Source: Octopus vulgaris (taxonomy: Eukaryota). From it: a DNA stretch of 64,000 nucleotides. The notes under the pieces are model-generated. The model saw only the letters and a list, made by a program, of their open reading frames with translations, was not told the DNA's origin and did no database searches. The position numbers and the translations under genes are program-made. The stretch's first letter is position 1, and the number at the start of each line of letters is the position of its first letter. The DNA is taken from assembly GCA_951406725.2 (NCBI GenBank), contig OX597820.1, forward strand, positions 47,306,001 through 47,370,000, written 5' to 3'. Of the stretch, positions 52,201 through 64,000 are shown piece after piece.

Positions 52201-53434
52201 ATAGATATTTGCTTTGGAATTGCTGCATCCAGCCAAGAGAATTGCTTTCAAATGTTCATCAGTCAACTTCGTTCGATGTGCTGATTTCACATACTTCATT
52301 ATTGAAAATGTTTGCCCACAGACATAAGTTGTTCTGAACACTGATGCCATAACAGAAGCAAATGAGCTCTCATTGCATGTACTTACACAAAAGGTATAGT
52401 GCGGTGGCGGGCTGGATGAACTGACCCCGCGGGCCGTAGTTTGGTGACCCCAGCTTTAGATGATAAACCGTACCATACTGTAACTCCTGGTTCACCAACA
52501 TAATGTTCTTCCGTAAAATGCAGTTTCTTAGTTCCTCTGTAAATGCGATTTCAGCATTTAATCGAACCGTTTAATTTAAATGTAACCTCATCACTCCAAA
52601 CAGTCTTCGTTGGAAAGTGTGCATCTTCTATACATCTTGCCAAGTACCACACGCAAAACTCCACTCTTCGGCCCGGATCGACTTCATCATATACCTGTCA
52701 GTCTTGACAACATACATACGCGCACATAGACACACAAGCACAAGCAGACACATGGACTGTTCTTCGAATGCAATTTTTCCAACAGCAGCGCTTCAAAATA
52801 CGATGGACGTTTGATTTAGAAATTTCTGTCTTAAGACTCGTTTACCGTACAGATTTTCTTGAACTCTGGTTACAAGTTTCTAGTACTCTTTTTTATATTG
52901 TGGGGCTCATTGATGTTTGCGGTTTTCCGGAATGTTTCTTGGAGACATTCTGAACAGCTCCACCTGCTTCAGACTCACCTCTAATTTTAGTGATGCTAAG
53001 TTGCATGGGGTGTATCTGTGTGAAACTGTTTTTGGACTTCGATTGCATTATCAAAATAGCAGTAGTAAATTGCGATGTTTCCTTTGTTGAAAACTTAGTC
53101 AGGCTCCCTTTGTCATTTGTATAGTATTAAAGAGTGTGTATACATTTTTCGGATCATCTACCATATATATATATATATATATATATATATTGCCGAACCG
53201 CTGAGTGACGGGGACTTAAACACACCAGCATCGGTTGTCAAGCGATGTTGGGGGGACAAACACAGACACACAAACGTATATATATATATATATACGACGG
53301 GATTCTTTTAGTTTCCGTCTACCAAATCAACTCACAAGGCTTTGGTCGGCTCGAGGCTATAGTAGAAGACACTTGCCCAAGGTTCCACGCAATGGGATTG
53401 AACCCGGAACCATGTGGTTGGTAAGTAAGCTACT

Positions 53435-55490
53435 TTTATTCATTAAATTTGCCATGTAGGCAGAACATAGATAAGGTAGCTTTGCGGGCTGGACACAGAC
53501 ATTGATGAGGCGAATGATTATGATACAAAAATGATAAAGATGGGAGAAGACAGAAAGCGCACGCCGACCCTCTGCTTCTCTAAAACATTGTCCTTTAAAA
53601 ACACATATACAGAGGTACTAACCCGCTTACAATTTAAAATACAATATATTTGGACTAAAAACTCCATACAATTATAAAACACAATTTATACACAAATTGG
53701 AGGTGATAAACCTCTACAATCCTTCCCCAAGTAATTTTCTTGCAACTTGTAGGCATTCCTGCAACCGCAATCCGGGGCCCCAAAAAAGAATACTATAATT
53801 CTCGTTTTTACACGAGTCAATTATAAGATCACAGTACTTTCTTTCCAGCACCAGAGCAGCCACCTGCGGAGGCCACTCTGGGCTGTCAATACAAGTTGGG
53901 TCACTCAAGACCCGACTATCCATATTTTTCTCCACAAAACTGTTAATAGCCCCTCCCCCGAGATGGAAGGGGATATATTCGTCACCACTTTTACTGGGAG
54001 GGGACTCAATTCCCTCGCTCGGTGGCACACATCCCACCGACGAGGTTATCTTCTTCTCCTCCTCCGGTGGCACACATCTCACCGAAGGGGTTTCGGGACA
54101 TGCCGTCGCCGGCAATACTCCGTTTTTCTTCTTTCTCTTCTTTTTTCCTTTTATGACGGGAAGGTGGAGTTCTTCCGACATCTCTGGAGGACCCTCCCCC
54201 CCCCGCCGTCTCAGGATCCTGCGGTGGGGAACCATTGTTGCCCACCTTTCTTTTCTTCCCTTTTGTTTTCGAGGAGGTTACCTCCTCCTCGACTTTTTCC
54301 TCCACTGGGGGAGCAGGGGACACCTTTTCAATTAACTGTTTCATGACCCTTGCCTGGTCCCGGCAACAGTTCTTCTTTATATGGTCCGATTCCAGGCACA
54401 AGTGACACTTGGGGGGACGTCCCTCAACCATCACCGGGTACCTGGAACCGGCCATTGTTAAAAAATCTGGTGAAACTAGATCATCGGCTGATTGGGTGCA
54501 TAGGGTCAAAATTGCTTTTGACCCGACCCTATCAACCGCAGGCAACATTTTTACATTTAAGAGCCTGGCAGGGCCGCCACTCAGGCCCCGACGGGTAGTG
54601 TCTTCTATCCACTCGGTCTCTATACCGGGTGGCAGCCCACACACCCAGGCACTTGTCAACTTTCTACCGCCATAAGTAGGGAGAAACAAAATTTTCTCAC
54701 CCCTCCGAAGGCATGCTCGCAAAATCACGAGCTTCCGCATGGTGTCAAAAAGTACACACACAGTTGCGTACTTCACACCTATGCGGATAAACCTAACAGT
54801 TGGCAGGGAGTCTGCCAACTCCTCCTCAATTTCTTCATGAGAGAAGACCTTGTCAAGGACCCTAGAATAGGTCCTTAAAACCACCGTTCTCGCCGTATAA
54901 TTTTTCAACCATTCTTTGGGGGCCACAACCTGCCACTCCAAAGCGAATTTCACAGTTGCCATGTTGATAGCCAAAGAAAAAATAAAAATCCACAAACAAA
55001 AATCAAAATGTTCAAATGAAAGTCTATAAAGAAATTCAAAAAAGATCAGAAAGACAGACAGGAGAAGAAAGAGCGAAGGAAGATAGTCCAAAAAGGCAAC
55101 ACAACACAACACAATTCTGCTACTCTGGTAATACAAACTGGTAGTCCTTTGCAGCACAAATAGTATTCCACCCAACTCTGGTTGTACTCCTATCCTTGAT
55201 GGTAAAAATTCACTTGAAAGGGCACAAACACAGTCATAGAAAATTCCAAAATATTTTCGGAGGGACACGCCTTCCAAAATAAACATTTCTCACTACGAAG
55301 TGAGCCTTCTTGCACGACCACTGGCAAACAAATGCCTGGAACCCAGTGAAGACCCCTGTTCGAAAAAATACTTAAACACAAACAGCAGACCCCACTAAGC
55401 TCCCAAAAAACAAATGCTTTACCTGTGGTCGTGCTTCAAATATTCAATTTTTCACGTACGACGTGAGTTCCACCGCGACGAAAAACAACT
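53435..55490 (-). mobile_element. ~2.05-kb Tx1/L1-like non-autonomous element encoding ORF1 only, inserted into a SINE head
   Basis: The host SINE is split (53190-53434 and 55491-55536). AATAAA at the minus-strand 3' end (53435-53440). agtaagcta occurs at both junctions. Zinc-knuckle ORF present; no RT or endonuclease motifs. Confidence 0.72.
54006..54962 (-). CDS. ORF1/Gag-like nucleic-acid-binding protein with CCHC zinc knuckle (Tx1/L1 type); probable start MATVKF
   Basis: RRM-like WVCGLPPGIETEWI, then YPVMVEGRPPK-CHLCLESDHIKKNC (Cx2Cx4Hx4C), then a basic/acidic low-complexity tail. ATG in caacATGg context at 54962. Confidence 0.7.
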   Translation of the reverse strand: MATVKFALEWQVVAPKEWLKNYTARTVVLRTYSRVLDKVFSHEEIEEELADSLPTVRFIRIGVKYATVCVLFDTMRKLVILRACLRRGEKILFLPTYGGRKLTSAWVCGLPPGIETEWIEDTTRRGLSGGPARLLNVKMLPAVDRVGSKAILTLCTQSADDLVSPDFLTMAGSRYPVMVEGRPPKCHLCLESDHIKKNCCRDQARVMKQLIEKVSPAPPVEEKVEEEVTSSKTKGKKRKVGNNGSPPQDPETAGGGGSSRDVGRTPPSRHKRKKEEKEEKRSIAGDGMSRNPFGEMCATGGGEEDNLVGGMCATERGN

Positions 55491-55596
55491 TGGTAGCAGT
55501 AAGCTAGCTACTTACCACACAGCCACTCCTGCGCCTGTGTATGTATATGTATATGCATATATATGTATATATGCCTGTGTATATATCTTTGCATGC

Positions 55597-55690
<94 letters not shown>

Positions 55691-55817
55691 ACGTGCGCAC
55701 GATCAAAAAGAATACATTGAACTTGCTGTGAGGAGTGGAAAATCCAACGTTTCTGACTTAATCCTTCTTCACTGGAAAAGTTGAAATGAAGGAGGGAGCG
55801 AGCGAGCGAGAGAGAAA

Positions 55818-55857
<40 letters not shown>

Positions 55858-55861
<4 letters not shown>

Positions 55862-56045
55862 AGAGTTTACGAAAAAAAAACAAAAGACGAAGACGGGTGG
55901 TGTACAAAACAAACAGATGTATTAGTATAACGCTCAAGAATAGAAAAAGTCTTTTACGTTTCGAGCCTACGCTCTTCTACAGAAAGGGACACAGAAAAAA
56001 CAAGGAGAGAAAAAATGTGTGTAGTGGCTAACGATCTATCATGGC
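55858..56045 (-). mobile_element. (TA)n-flanked repeat with hammerhead-like core
   Basis: Third copy; minus-strand core ctttCTGTAGAAGAGCgtagGCTCGAAACGTAaaag. Confidence 0.55.
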
Positions 56046-56050
56046 GACTC

Positions 56051-56117
<67 letters not shown>

Positions 56118-56424
56118 GGGAGAGAGGGAAAGAGAAATTAATGAAAGACAGCAGAGTTCTACATTCTCTAAGTTAAAAAAAATATTGGCAGACATTATCT
56201 CATTAATTTCCCTCCATTCCATATTTCCCCAGAAGAACTGTGTCCAAGACGTTAGATTTTCCACTCCTCACATCAAGGTCACTGTACTCATTGCATCAGT
56301 TTTACGATATACATACATACAAACATACATACTCACATACATCCATGCTTACATACATATATACATATGTTTACACATATACATATATACACTCGCAAAC
56401 ACATACACACACATACATACATAC

Positions 56425-56490
<66 letters not shown>

Positions 56491-56558
56491 AGTATACTTT
56501 TGTATCCATACAAGCGCTCTCCTCATTTACATGTACTCGTACACAACATAACACACGC

Positions 56559-56654
<96 letters not shown>

Positions 56655-56779
56655 AACACACACACAAGATACCAACCGAACCACACACAAAGGTAAACTG
56701 TCAGTATCAGAAATGTAAAACTAAAGTGTTAATTTATGCAAATATGTAAATTATTCCACTTTAATTGTCCCTTAGTAAT

Positions 56780-59398
56780 TAGTGTTATTGTTGGTGTTGA
56801 TGTTGTTAATGTTAATATTATTGTTGAAGTCGTGGTGGTGGTTGTTATGATGGCGTTGTTGTTGTTGAGGCGATAGCTGTGTGGTGTTCTTGGTGTGGTT
56901 CTGAGATAGTAGTGCTGTTGTTGTCGCTCTTTGAGGTGGTATCGTTAAAGGGTAGTGGTTGTGGTAGTGGTGGTGCCTGTCAGTGGTGGTTGTAGTGTTG
57001 TTTCTGTTGTTGTTGCTGGTGATGGTGTTGTTAGTGTTTTTTTGCTGCTGATATTGTGGTAGTAGTGGTGTTGGTGTTATATTGGTGTTGTGATGGTGGT
57101 GTTGTGATGCTGGCGTTGTAATGTTGGTGTTGTAATTTGGAATTATGATGTGAGAGTTAGTTGTGATGTTGGTGTTGTGATGTTGGCATTGTGATGTTGG
57201 TGTTGTGATGTTAGCATTGTGATGGAGGTATTGCGATGCTGGTGTTGTGAATGTAGTGATGCTGTGATGTTGACGTTGTGATGTTGGTGTTGTATTGTTA
57301 ATGTTGTGGCGTTGGAATTGTGATGTTGGTGCTGTGATGTTGATTTTGTGAAGCTGTTGTTATGTTGACGTTATGATGTTGGTGATGTCATGTTGGAGTT
57401 TTGGTGCTGGTGTTGTGATGTTGGTGTTGTGAGGCTAGTGTTGTGATGTCGGTGATGTGATACTGGTGTTGGTATGGTGTTGCTGTGATGTTAGAGTTGT
57501 GATGGTGGTGTTGTGATGTTGGTGATGTAACGTTCGTGTTGTGATGTTGGTGTTGTGATGCTGGTGTTGTGATGCTGGTGTTGTGATGCTGTTGTTGTGA
57601 TGCTGTTGTTGTGATGCTGTTGTTGTAGTGTTGTCACCGTTGATGTTGCTGTGATGGTACAGATGGTGGTAGTAATGATGATGGTGTGTTGTTGTTGTTC
57701 TTGTTGTAGGAGCGACGTAATAGTGATGGTATTGATATCTGATGGTGACGAGCGTAATGTTGTTGTTCGTGTTGTTATAGTTGGTGTTACTGTTGACGGC
57801 CGATTTGTTGCTAACGCGGCGTTTCCATGATCGTGGTAGTGATGATGTAGTGATGGGGGATGTACATGTTATTGTTAAAACTGTTGTTTGGTGATGTTAT
57901 CGGAGTTGGATGTCGATGGTCTTTTTGTTGCTGTTGTTGTGGCTACAATTTTGGCGGTGGTGGCGTTGTGGCGATGGTGGTGTTGTGGAGGGGGCAGCGT
58001 TGTGACTCTAGTGTTATTTATGTTATTGTTACTGTTGTGATTGTGGTATTGGCAGGTGTTCTGTTACTGCTGTAGTGTTGATGGCAGTGGTGATGGTGGT
58101 GGTAGTGGTGGTGGTGGTGGTGACCTGCAGTTGTTGATATAGCGGCGAGATAGTGGTAGATGAGTTAGTTGTGAAGGCCTCTATGTTGCTGCTGGAGGTG
58201 AAGGCGGTACTAGCAGTAGTCTTGTGTTGTTTGTGTTATTGGTGCTGGAGTTGTGTGATGTTGTGGTTGGAATTATTAAAGGTGTTGTTGCTGTTGTGGC
58301 GATGGTGGTGCTGATATTGTTGTTGTTGTTGTTGTTGTTCTCAGTTTTCCTAGTTGTAGTGGAGATGTTGGCGGCATTTTCGTTACTACCGTGGTATAGA
58401 GGTGGAGGCGGTGTTGCTGTTGTTGTTGGTGGTGTTGTTGGTGGTGATGTTGGTGGTAGTGTTGGTGTTGGTGGTGATGTTGGTGGTAGTGTTGGTGTTG
58501 GTGGTGATTGTGGTAATGATAGTGTTGTAGAAATGGTGGCTGTGGTGGTGTTGGTGGTGTTGGTGTTGGTGTTGGTGTTGGTGTTGGTGGTGGTGGTGGT
58601 GGTAGTGTTGGTGGTGGTGGTGGTGTTGGTGTTGGTGCTGGTGGTAGTGTTGGTGGATGTGTTGGCGGTGGTTGTAGGTGTGGTAATGGTAGTGTTGTAG
58701 AAATGATGGCTGTGGTGGTGTTGGTGTTGGTGGTGGTTTTGGTGGTGGTGTTGGTGGTGTTGGTGGTGTTGGTGGTGTTGGTGCTGGTGGTAGTGTTGGT
58801 GATAGTGTTGTTGGTGGTTGTGGGTGTGGTAATGGTAGTGTTGTAGAAATGATGACTGTGGTGGTGGTGGTGGTGGTGGTTTTGGAGGTGGTGTTGGTGG
58901 TGGAGTTGGTGGTTATGGTGTTGGTGATGGTGGTGGTGGTGTTGGTGGTGGTGTCGGTGGTAGTGTTGGTGGTGGTGTTGGTGGTGGTGTTGGTGTTGGT
59001 GTTGGTGGTGTGTGGTGGTGGTGGTGTCGGTGGTAGTGTTGGTGGTGGTGTTGGTGGTGGTTGTGGTTGTAGTAATGGTAGTGTTGTTGAAATGATGGCT
59101 GTGGTGGTGGTGGTAGTGGTGGTGGTGGTGGTGCTGCTGCTGCCGGTATTGGTAGTAATGGTATTGCAAATGGCGTCTCTGTTGTTACTGTTGTTATTAT
59201 TTTATTATTCTATGTTGTTTCTGCTGTGTTTATTGTTGCTATTTTTGTTGTTGATGTTGTTTGTTACTTTTACTATTCTCGTTAATGTTGCTGTTGTGGT
59301 TGCTGTTGTTGTTGTTGTTGTTGTTACTATTACTGCCGCTTTTTGCTGTTATTTTAGTTCTTGATGTTCTAGTTGTTGTTGTAGCCGTTGTTACAATC

Positions 59399-59463
<65 letters not shown>

Positions 59464-59523
59464 CATCATCATCATCATCATCATTATTATTATTCATTAT
59501 TATTATTATCATTATTATTATTA

Positions 59524-59588
<65 letters not shown>

Positions 59589-60260
59589 CATCATCATCAT
59601 CATCATCATTATTATTATTATTATCATCATCATTATTATTATTATTATTATTATTATCATCATCATCATCATTATTATTATTATTATTATTATCATTATT
59701 ATTATTATTATTATCATCATCATCATTATTATTATTATTATTATTATCATTATTATTATTATTATTATTATTGTTCCCGTTGTTTTTACTATTATTGGCG
59801 TTTTTGTTGTTTAATATAGATCTTGTTGTTGTTGTTGCTATTGTTGTTGATGTTACGCTTGCTCTGATCTTCGCTTCGTTGTAGTTGCCGCCGCCGCCGC
59901 TGTTGTTGTTGTTGTTGTTACTGCTATTGCCGGTTTTTTTGCTGATGTTTTTACTTTTCATTGTTGCTGTTGTTGTAGTACCTGCACTGGTCTTTGCTTT
60001 GTTGTTGTTGTTGTTGTTGTTGTAGCTGCTGCTGCTGTTATTGTTGTTATTGTTGCTGTTGTTGTTGTTGCTTTTGTTGTAGATTTTTACACCATGTACA
60101 CATAATTAATTTTCGCTGTATCAGAGATCAAACGATGTAAAGGTATTGTATTTGTCGGTTATTCACGATAGACGTCGTTGTTGTTGTTGTTGTTGTTGTT
60201 GTTATTCTTGTTGTTGTTTTATAGATGTTGTTGTTGTTGCTATGGTCTTATATCTGTTGC
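56780..60260. repeat. Low-complexity block: tgtgatgttggtgt-type units, (GGT/GTT)n, (ATT/ATC)n
   Basis: Directly visible; strong G+T strand skew. Confidence 0.93.
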
Positions 60261-60534
60261 TGATGTTGTTATCCCCTCCCCACCCCACCACACCTTTTTT
60301 TTCTTTTGCTGCTTTTATTTTATTTTATTTTATTTTATTTTATTTTATTCTATTTTATTTACTTTCTTTCTGTTTCAAAAAAGTCTGATCTGATAACTTC
60401 TCCAGTGATAATTTGCATACAATGGGATACATACACGCATGCACACACACACACACACACAAATTTAAATACAAACATATACACACATACGCCCGCCCAC
60501 GTACATTTATACATACACGGCGACACATACATGA

Positions 60535-60566
<32 letters not shown>

Positions 60567-60677
60567 ATATATTTGCATATATACATACCCACATTTTACA
60601 TTTTATACATACTTAGAAATATAAGCATACGCATATAATCTATGTGTGCATATATACAGATGTCTCTGTGTATATAT

Positions 60678-60714
<37 letters not shown>

Positions 60715-60801
60715 AGAAAGAAAGAGAGAAGTGTGTGTATATATACAAGTATATTTTTTATAAATACACATATACCTTTCTATCTCTACTTGTCGCTATG
60801 C

Positions 60802-60842
<41 letters not shown>

Positions 60843-60950
60843 TGTATTTATATGAAATACACACACACATACACACACATAAAAGCACACACACACATGC
60901 ATAGAGACAAGGAGAGATAGAAAGGTATATGTGTATTTATGCGTGTTCAC

Positions 60951-61018
<68 letters not shown>

Positions 61019-61044
61019 GAAAATGAAAGAATTATATTTTAATT

Positions 61045-61265
61045 TTCATATTTTGATTGTCTCAGTCATTAGACTACGGCCAAGCTGGGGCGACCCCTTG
61101 AAGATTTTTTTAGTCGAATGAATCGTCTCCAGTACTTATTTCTATTTTTAAAGCCTGGCATCTATTCTAAAATATCTTTTGCTGAACTGCTAAGTTAAGG
61201 GGACGTAAACACACTAATACCGGTTGTCAAGTGGAGGTGCGGTACAAATACAGATACAAAGACAT

Positions 61266-61345
<80 letters not shown>

Positions 61346-61846
61346 CACACACACATACACACAAATGCACATATATACGACAGCTTGTTTTTGTCACTGT
61401 TTCCCAAATCCATTCACAGGGGCTTGGTCGCTCCGAGGCTTTAGTAGACAACACATGCCCAAAGTGCCACGCAGCGAGATCGAAACCAGAACCGTACGGT
61501 TGGGAAGCAAGCTTCTTACCATACAACTACATCTGCAATTGTAAAAAAAAACATTTAAAAAATAATTTGCATAGTAAGAACTCAATAAAGTGGGTAGTTT
61601 ATATATATACTTTACTCTTTAATTTGTTTCAGTCATTTGACTGCGGCCATGCTGGAACAGCGCCTTTAGTCGAACAAATCGACCCCCAGGACTTATTCTT
61701 TGTAAGCCTAGTACTAATTCTATCGATCTCTCTTAGGCTAAGTTACGGGGACGTAAACACACCAGCATCGGTTGTCAAGCGATGGTGGGGGACAAACACA
61801 GACATGCAAACATCCACACGCACGCACAGACGCGCGCACACACACA

Positions 61847-61885
<39 letters not shown>

Positions 61886-62050
61886 GACGGGCTTCTTTCA
61901 GTTTCCGTCTACCAAATCCACTCACAAAGAGCTTTGGTCGGCGCGAGTCTATAGCAGAAGACACTTGCCCAAGGTGCAACGCAATGGGACTGAACCCGGA
62001 ACCATGTGGTTGGTAAGCAAACTACTTACCACAAAGCCACTCCTGCACCT
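61045..62050 (-). mobile_element. Two tandem SINE family A copies (61045-61540, 61610-62050)
   Basis: Reverse-complement matches with expanded (CA)n centres. Confidence 0.8.
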
Positions 62051-62054
62051 GAAC

Positions 62055-62103
<49 letters not shown>

Positions 62104-62369
62104 ATATATATTATATCAAAAGTTGACAGATTACATAGGATTTTACCCCGAGCTGTGTTGTTTATTCCAGTAGTGGACAGCCCATCTCGGGATGAAGCTA
62201 AGCAGACTGTCAACTTTTCATATAAATACACACACACACACACACACACATGCTTATACATATATTCTGTTATGCTATTCCATTCTATCATTCTATTACT
62301 GGTTTCAGCCAGAGGTTCGGGCTATGCTGGAGCACCGCCTTTCAGTCTTTTTGGGGTTCTCCTCTACGT

Positions 62370-62690
62370 TTTGTTTTTGATGAAATTGCTCTTCATCGGA
62401 CGGAGCTTCTCTTCTTTGTGCCTCTTGCCGCAATGTGGGCTCATCTGGGATTTCAGATAGAAATTTGTCCAGGTGCTTTTTGAACGTTTCCACATCTACA
62501 CCTTGCAGATCTCTAAGGTAGGATGTTAAACAGTTCTGGTTCCCTGAAACCCATGCTGTAGCAATACTGGGTCCTTAACTGAGATGAAGAAGACGGTATC
62601 TTTGGTATTATGCAGTGCCATCCAGTTCGGTGATTGGCGTAGCTTTTAATTCCAAAGTTCCAGGATCTTCCATATGTGTATCACTGCATA
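62370..62690 (-). mobile_element. CR1/L2-group LINE 3' fragment
   Basis: LFNILP..LQGVDVETFKKHLDKFLSEIPDEP. Confidence 0.72.
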
Positions 62691-63113
62691 CCTTTCCCAC
62701 CTTCCCTCCATGGAAGGTGAGAAAGGTATGCAGTTCTTGTAGCCTCTCTCTCTCTCTCTCTCTCTCAGTCTCTCTCTCTCTCTCAGTAGCTCATCTGTTT
62801 CACCGAGTCACCCTTCTTTCTGTAGTGACACTGAATTGCCTCAAGTTCTGCCACCAATTTGACGCTCTGCAGCGCCCACATAAACGCGCGCGCGCGCGCA
62901 CACACACATCCATATATGTATATGCATATACATGAAATAAATATATATGTGTGTATGTGTGTGTGTGTATGTATATATGATTGTATGTATATATTTATAT
63001 TCTGTTGTGTCTGGGGAGAGTCATTGTCTTTTCGTGCCTTATATTTTAACACACTCACCGGTAAAATCAGACATATATATATATGCAATTTATCCTATAT
63101 TAGTAGTATGTAC

Positions 63114-63164
<51 letters not shown>

Positions 63165-63475
63165 CACATAAGCTATATATATATATATATACGCACGCAC
63201 ACACATATATCCGTTTATATATATATATAAATTAATAAATAAAAACAGATGCATATATACATACATATATGTACGTACCTACCTCTGCATGTATATATAC
63301 ATGCATATATGGGTACAGGACACCAAAAAACGTCGAACACAATGAGGAACGAAAACATAAACACAAAGCCAAGGAACAGGACATTTTTCTTAAACAACGA
63401 AAAAAAGAGTACAGGACAAATAACACAAGGAAAATTCCCCTTCTTCAGTCGCCATGGTTTCATCTACTCTGCGTT

Positions 63476-63535
<60 letters not shown>

Positions 63536-63681
63536 CATGTGTGTGTATATATATATATATATATACATACACATATACATGTATATACGTTTATATCCTT
63601 AGTTATATAAATAAATATATATATATATATAAATATATATATATATAAATATAAATATATATATACACACCAACTTTCTCA

Positions 63682-63730
<49 letters not shown>

Positions 63731-64000
63731 GTTTGTATCAATATTTATACACCTGCTTCCATGTAATTTACACGTACATACCCTTATACGCAGGGTTAGA
63801 CACCCAAATACGTATATGTACACACACATACTATGAATGTGTGTGTATATGTGTGTGTGTGTGAGTGTCCATGTGTACGATTGTATGTGTGTGAGTGAAT
63901 GTGTAAATATATAGTTAAAGGGTGAAAGCGTAGGTGTATGTGTCTGCATTTGTGTGTGACTGTGTATGTATATATCTGTTTATATTCATATGAGTATGTA

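Larger units (their letters stand above)
50954..52453 (-). mobile_element. Internally deleted hAT (Buster/Charlie-like) element carrying three nested SINEs
   Basis: 8-bp TSD ctttagat (50946-50953 / 52454-52461, central TA). TIRs cagggttcaccagact / agtttggtgaccccag. Dimerisation-domain remnant ASVFRTTYVCGQTFSIMKYVKSAHRTKLTDEHL. Confidence 0.88.
50750..53130 (-). mobile_element. Decayed Tc1/mariner-superfamily transposon split by a hAT insertion
   Basis: [12 protein letters not shown] and PGVTVWYGLSSK right of the hAT element; FDGTVT and FQQ..APHYHSDVR left of it. Boundaries approximate. Confidence 0.65.

Noticed and set aside
54963-55286. First ~108 codons of the 426-aa ORF
   Set aside because: Non-ATG start and T-rich leader-like sequence; the ATG at 54962 (MATVKF) has better context and precedes protein-like sequence.
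58224-59961. Long poly-His/Thr/Pro/Val/Asn ORFs
   Set aside because: Trinucleotide low-complexity DNA with no splice-bounded unique coding sequence.
61231-62016. 261-aa ORF and other HTHT/YIYI/CVCV ORFs
   Set aside because: Translations of (CA)n/(TA)n tracts and SINE sequence.
63430-63480. GAAAC and CTGAAGA on the minus strand as another hammerhead
   Set aside because: No helix I pairing could be built; at best a truncated Penelope-like relic next to a TA tract.

Overview
AT-rich, microsatellite- and transposon-dense animal genomic DNA. The SINE repertoire suggests an octopus or other coleoid cephalopod; this is an inference, not checked. One complete protein-coding gene can be assembled: a mitochondrial thiamine-pyrophosphate carrier (SLC25A19 orthologue, 5 coding exons, 318 aa, + strand, 8096-17596). 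Four sequence-identical tRNA-Gly(GCC) genes sit in duplicated cassettes, two on + and two on -, between 31.9 and 42.7 kb. The rest is mostly mobile DNA: several tRNA-derived SINE families (many with target-site duplications), CR1/L2-, RTE-, Tx1/L1- and HERO-like LINE remnants, Tc1/mariner and hAT elements, Helitron pieces, minisatellites and a large low-complexity block. The most notable signals are: (i) hammerhead-ribozyme motifs with palindromic helix III in inverted-repeat (Penelope/retrozyme-like) units, one of them inside an SLC25A19 intron; (ii) a ~2 kb ORF1-only Tx1/L1-like element inserted into the tRNA-derived head of a SINE; (iii) the convergent tRNA-Gly cluster whose duplication breakpoints fall in (TA)n tracts. 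All assignments are by eye; no database searches were run.
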